Assembly: GCA_965112635.1 (NCBI GenBank)
Contig: OZ218778.1
Span: 2,336,001-2,400,000 of the forward strand
Reading direction: 5' to 3'
Source of the DNA: an uncultured bacterium
Lineage (GTDB): Bacteria > Oederibacteriota > Oederibacteriia > Oederibacteriales > Oederibacteriaceae
Length of the DNA stretch: 64,000 nt
In this document: piece by piece, positions 60,762 through 64,000 of the stretch
Position numbering within the stretch: the stretch's first letter is position 1
How the letters are laid out: the number at the start of each line of letters is the position of its first letter
The notes under the pieces: model-generated
The model's database searches: none
Seen by the model: only the letters and a program-made list of their open reading frames with translations
What the model was told of the DNA's origin: nothing
Made by a program: the position numbers and the translations under genes

Positions 60762-62561
60762 TTAGCGCACTTTCAAGACCGCCAAAAAAGCTTCTTGCGG
60801 GATATCCACCCGCCCCACGTGTTTCATGCGCTTTTTGCCTTCTTTTTGCTTTTCCAGCAATTTGCGTTTACGGGTGATATCGCCGCCATAACACTTGGCT
60901 ATCACATTTTTGCGCATGGCCGGGATATTTTCCCTGGCGATCACATGAGCTCCGATGGCAGCCTGGATAGGCACCTGGAACATCTGCCGCGGAATAAGCT
61001 CCTTGAGTTTTTCAGCCAAAGTTTTGCCTATTTCATAGGCTTTGTCTTTGTGGACGATCACTGCCAGCGCGTCCACAGGTTCTTCGTTGACCAGGATGTC
61101 CAGCTTGACCAGCTCGCCCGGCTTATAACCCGCATATTCATAATCCAGAGACGCATAGCCCTTGGTGCAAGATTTAAGCTTGTCAAAGAAATCCAGCACA
61201 ACCTCAACCAGGGGCAGCTCATAGGTGATAAGGACGCGGTCCTTGCTGATGTATTCGGTATTGAGATGGTTTCCTCTGCGGTTCTGGCAAAGGTTCATGA
61301 CCGGCCCCACGAACTCAGCGGGCGAAAAAATGTAGGCGGTGATATAAGGCTCATCCATAGAGGCGAATTCATGCGGCAAGGGCATTTTATTGGGACTGTC
61401 CACCTCCACGATCATGCCGTCGTTCAGCATCACCTGAAATTTGACCCCAGGCGCTGTCGCGATCAGGCTCAGGTTATATTCCCTTTCCAGCCTTTCCTGG
61501 ACAATGTCCATATGCAACAGCCCTAAGAAACCGCATCTGAAACCAAACCCCAAAGCAACCGAATTTTCAGGTTCAAAAAACAGCGAGGAGTCGTTGAGTT
61601 TCAGCTTTTCCAGAGCCTCCCGGAGGATCTCGTATTGTTCCGCCTCAATGGGATAAAACCCGCAAAACACCATGGGCTTGACTTCTTTATAACCGCGCAA
61701 GGCCTTGCTAGTGGGTCTAGCCGCATCCGTGACTGTATCCCCGACCTTTACGTCAGCAACATTTTTGATATTAGCCACGATATATCCCACCATGCCTACA
61801 GTTAATTCAGCCACCGCTTCTCTCTGGGGCAGCATCACGCCGACCTCCTGAACTTCGTAGGACTTAGCGTTGGACATGAACAAGATCTGCTGGCCCTTTT
61901 TTAGGGAACCCTGCCTCAGCCTCACGAACACGACCACACCTAGGTAGGAATCGTAATCTGAATCGAAGATAAGCGCCTGTAACGGAGCTGCCGGGTCTCC
62001 TTGGGGTGGCGGCACCCTGGCAATGACCGCCTCCAGAATCTCCTCAGTGCCCCTGCCCTCTTTGGCGCTCCCCAGCACCATCTCGGAGCGTTCAAACCCG
62101 AGGATGTTCTCCAGTTGAACGCTGGTCCCTTCGATATCAGCGTTGTTAAGGTCGATCTTATTGATAAACGGTACCAGCTTTAATTCCTGAGCTTCGGCCA
62201 GACGGGTATTGGCCAAGGTTTGCGCTTCCACACCCTGGGAAGCGTCCACCACCAGGATGCCGCCTTCGCAGGCGGCCAGGCTCCTGGACACTTCATAGGT
62301 GAAATCCACGTGCCCCGGCGTGTCAATGAGGTTCAAAAGGTATTCCCGGCCATCCTTGGCCTTGTATTTCATCCTCACCGCCTTGGCCTTGATGGTGATA
62401 CCCCGCTCCCGCTCCAGGTCCATTTTGTCCAATATCTGCTCCTTCATGTTGCGGAGAGCAATGGAGCCGGTCAATTCCAGCAGCCTGTCGGCCAGAGTGG
62501 ATTTTCCGTGGTCAATATGGGCGATAATGCAAAAATTCCGGATGGATTCCTGGGTAATCAT
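60762..62561 (-). CDS. lepA: translation elongation factor 4
   Basis: [53 protein letters not shown]. Confidence 0.98.
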   Translation of the reverse strand: MITQESIRNFCIIAHIDHGKSTLADRLLELTGSIALRNMKEQILDKMDLERERGITIKAKAVRMKYKAKDGREYLLNLIDTPGHVDFTYEVSRSLAACEGGILVVDASQGVEAQTLANTRLAEAQELKLVPFINKIDLNNADIEGTSVQLENILGFERSEMVLGSAKEGRGTEEILEAVIARVPPPQGDPAAPLQALIFDSDYDSYLGVVVFVRLRQGSLKKGQQILFMSNAKSYEVQEVGVMLPQREAVAELTVGMVGYIVANIKNVADVKVGDTVTDAARPTSKALRGYKEVKPMVFCGFYPIEAEQYEILREALEKLKLNDSSLFFEPENSVALGFGFRCGFLGLLHMDIVQERLEREYNLSLIATAPGVKFQVMLNDGMIVEVDSPNKMPLPHEFASMDEPYITAYIFSPAEFVGPVMNLCQNRRGNHLNTEYISKDRVLITYELPLVEVVLDFFDKLKSCTKGYASLDYEYAGYKPGELVKLDILVNEEPVDALAVIVHKDKAYEIGKTLAEKLKELIPRQMFQVPIQAAIGAHVIARENIPAMRKNVIAKCYGGDITRKRKLLEKQKEGKKRMKHVGRVDIPQEAFLAVLKVR

Positions 62562-62566
62562 GGGGA

Positions 62567-63826
62567 TTAGCGGTCCTTGACTCGTTCTATTTTGGCGCCC
62601 AGTTTCCTCAATTTTTCCTCTATCTTTTCGTAACCGCGGTCCAGATGGTAGACGCGGTTGATTTCAGTTGTACCCTTGGCCACCAAACCGGCCAACACAA
62701 GAGCCGCGCTGGCGCGCAGGTCCGAGGCCATCACCTTGGCGCCAGATAGCTGCGCCGGGCCACGAATCACGGCGTTCTGGACCCGTATCTTGATCTGGGC
62801 GCCCATGCGGATGAGCTCGCTGGCGTGCATGAATCGGTTCTCAAAGACCGTCTCCGTGATCGTGCTTGTTCCTTTGGCTACGGTCATCAGAGCCATCCAC
62901 TGGGCCTGCAGGTCGGTTGGAAACCCGGGATACGGCGCTGTTTGGATGTTCTCGGCTTGGATGACTTTGGGGCCCTGGATTTCGATGCAGTTATTGAAAT
63001 AAGAAAGCTTGGCCCCTGCTTCCTTTAGTTTGGGTTCCACAGCGCCCAAACACTCCGGTGATACCGCCTCAAGGGTGATCTTACTACGGGTGATCATGGC
63101 CGCGATCAGAAATGTACCCGCCTCGATTCGGTCAGGGATCACGGAATGGTTAGCGGCTTTTTTCAGCTCCTTCACCCCTTCGATCTTTACGACCGATCCG
63201 CCTTCTCCAGTGATCCTAGCACCCATCTTTTTGAGAAAATAGGCCAGGTCAACTACCTCTGGTTCCCGGGCCGCGTTCTCAATGATGGTAGTGCCCTCAG
63301 CTAATGCAGCCGCCATCATTATGTTTTCTGTGGCTCCTACACTGGGATAATCCAACCCCAGGACAGCTCCTTTGAGCCGCTTTGCAGTGGCTTCGACATA
63401 ACCTTTACAGATCTTGATCTTCGCGCCCATGTCTTCCAAAGCTTTTAGGTGGATATCGATGGGCCTGGCGCCTATGGCACATCCGCCTGGCAGGGACACT
63501 CTGGCTTTCCCAAATTTGGAAAGAAGCGGGCCCAGCACAAGGAAAGAGGCCCTCATAGTCCGGACTAGATCATAGGGCGCCTCCCATTTGGATAAATCGG
63601 ATGGGTCAATGAGCAGGGTCTTAGCCTGCCTGTCCACCTTGGCTCCCAGCATGTCCAACAACTTGGCCATGGTATTAATGTCATTGAGAACAGGGACATT
63701 GCGTATCGTGCTTGCGCCCGTGCCCAGCAAAGCCGCCACCATAATTGGAAGTGCGGCATTTTTGGAACCGTTGATCTCCACGATGCCCTTGAGACTATGC
63801 CCGCCTTGAATGATCATTTTGTCCAT
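62567..63826 (-). CDS. murA: UDP-N-acetylglucosamine 1-carboxyvinyltransferase
   Basis: [48 protein letters not shown]. Confidence 0.97.
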   Translation of the reverse strand: MDKMIIQGGHSLKGIVEINGSKNAALPIMVAALLGTGASTIRNVPVLNDINTMAKLLDMLGAKVDRQAKTLLIDPSDLSKWEAPYDLVRTMRASFLVLGPLLSKFGKARVSLPGGCAIGARPIDIHLKALEDMGAKIKICKGYVEATAKRLKGAVLGLDYPSVGATENIMMAAALAEGTTIIENAAREPEVVDLAYFLKKMGARITGEGGSVVKIEGVKELKKAANHSVIPDRIEAGTFLIAAMITRSKITLEAVSPECLGAVEPKLKEAGAKLSYFNNCIEIQGPKVIQAENIQTAPYPGFPTDLQAQWMALMTVAKGTSTITETVFENRFMHASELIRMGAQIKIRVQNAVIRGPAQLSGAKVMASDLRASAALVLAGLVAKGTTEINRVYHLDRGYEKIEEKLRKLGAKIERVKDR

Positions 63827-64000
63827 AAAAACATCCTTTCCCCGTTAAAACCCTGACAAGTTCAAAATTTTAACAATTTACCAAAACATTTAAAAGACAT
63901 ATCTTCCGCTGCTTTTCCCTGGAGCCCTGTTTTCAAAGTAACGGACATGGTAAGCTTATCCCTTAATGATATTGTAATGATCCCGGAAGGAGGAAAATTT

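Noticed and set aside
60714-61526. 270-aa plus-strand ORF opposite lepA
   Set aside because: Fully overlaps lepA antisense; no independent features
63860-64000. Possible partial CDS at the right window edge
   Set aside because: Open frames exist on both strands with no recognisable motif; cannot be called

Overview
A gene-dense, mostly minus-strand bacterial chromosome segment. I found no rRNA, tRNA, CRISPR array, integrase or transposase. Core genes: purB-purS-purL-purQ-purF-purM, rny-ymdB, class II ribonucleotide reductase nrdJ with tandem NrdR-like boxes, rplU-rpmA-obgE, miaB, amidase-GerMN-murI, glnA, and a long murA-lepA-lepB-hemW-groES-groEL-hrcA-grpE-dnaK-dnaJ run. Outer-membrane-associated genes (TamB/AsmA-like, PorV/PorQ-like, TolB-like) occur alongside Firmicutes-style genes (rny/ymdB, hrcA). 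This suggests a diderm, possibly candidate-phylum bacterium (inference only). The most interesting elements are four. (1) A GAF-GAF-ANTAR regulator directly upstream of glnA, with a dual-hexaloop ANTAR RNA element overlapping a terminator in the glnA leader; this GlnA has Phe at the adenylylation Tyr position. (2) Three tandem paralogous exported proteins (lectin-like DD domain, Pro/Thr linker, DUF11-like C-terminus) flanked by a GT-C/TPR membrane glycosyltransferase and a PPIase foldase, a candidate surface-protein O-glycosylation system with signs of domain swapping. (3) A Form IV RuBisCO-like protein heading an apparent operon with a UroD/MtaA-like enzyme, radical SAM, glycine oxidase, rhodanese and MauE/DoxX. 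(4) A divergent CIRCE-like operator with self-palindromic half-sites upstream of a merged groESL-hrcA-dnaK cluster. All calls come from reading sequence motifs; no database searches were run.
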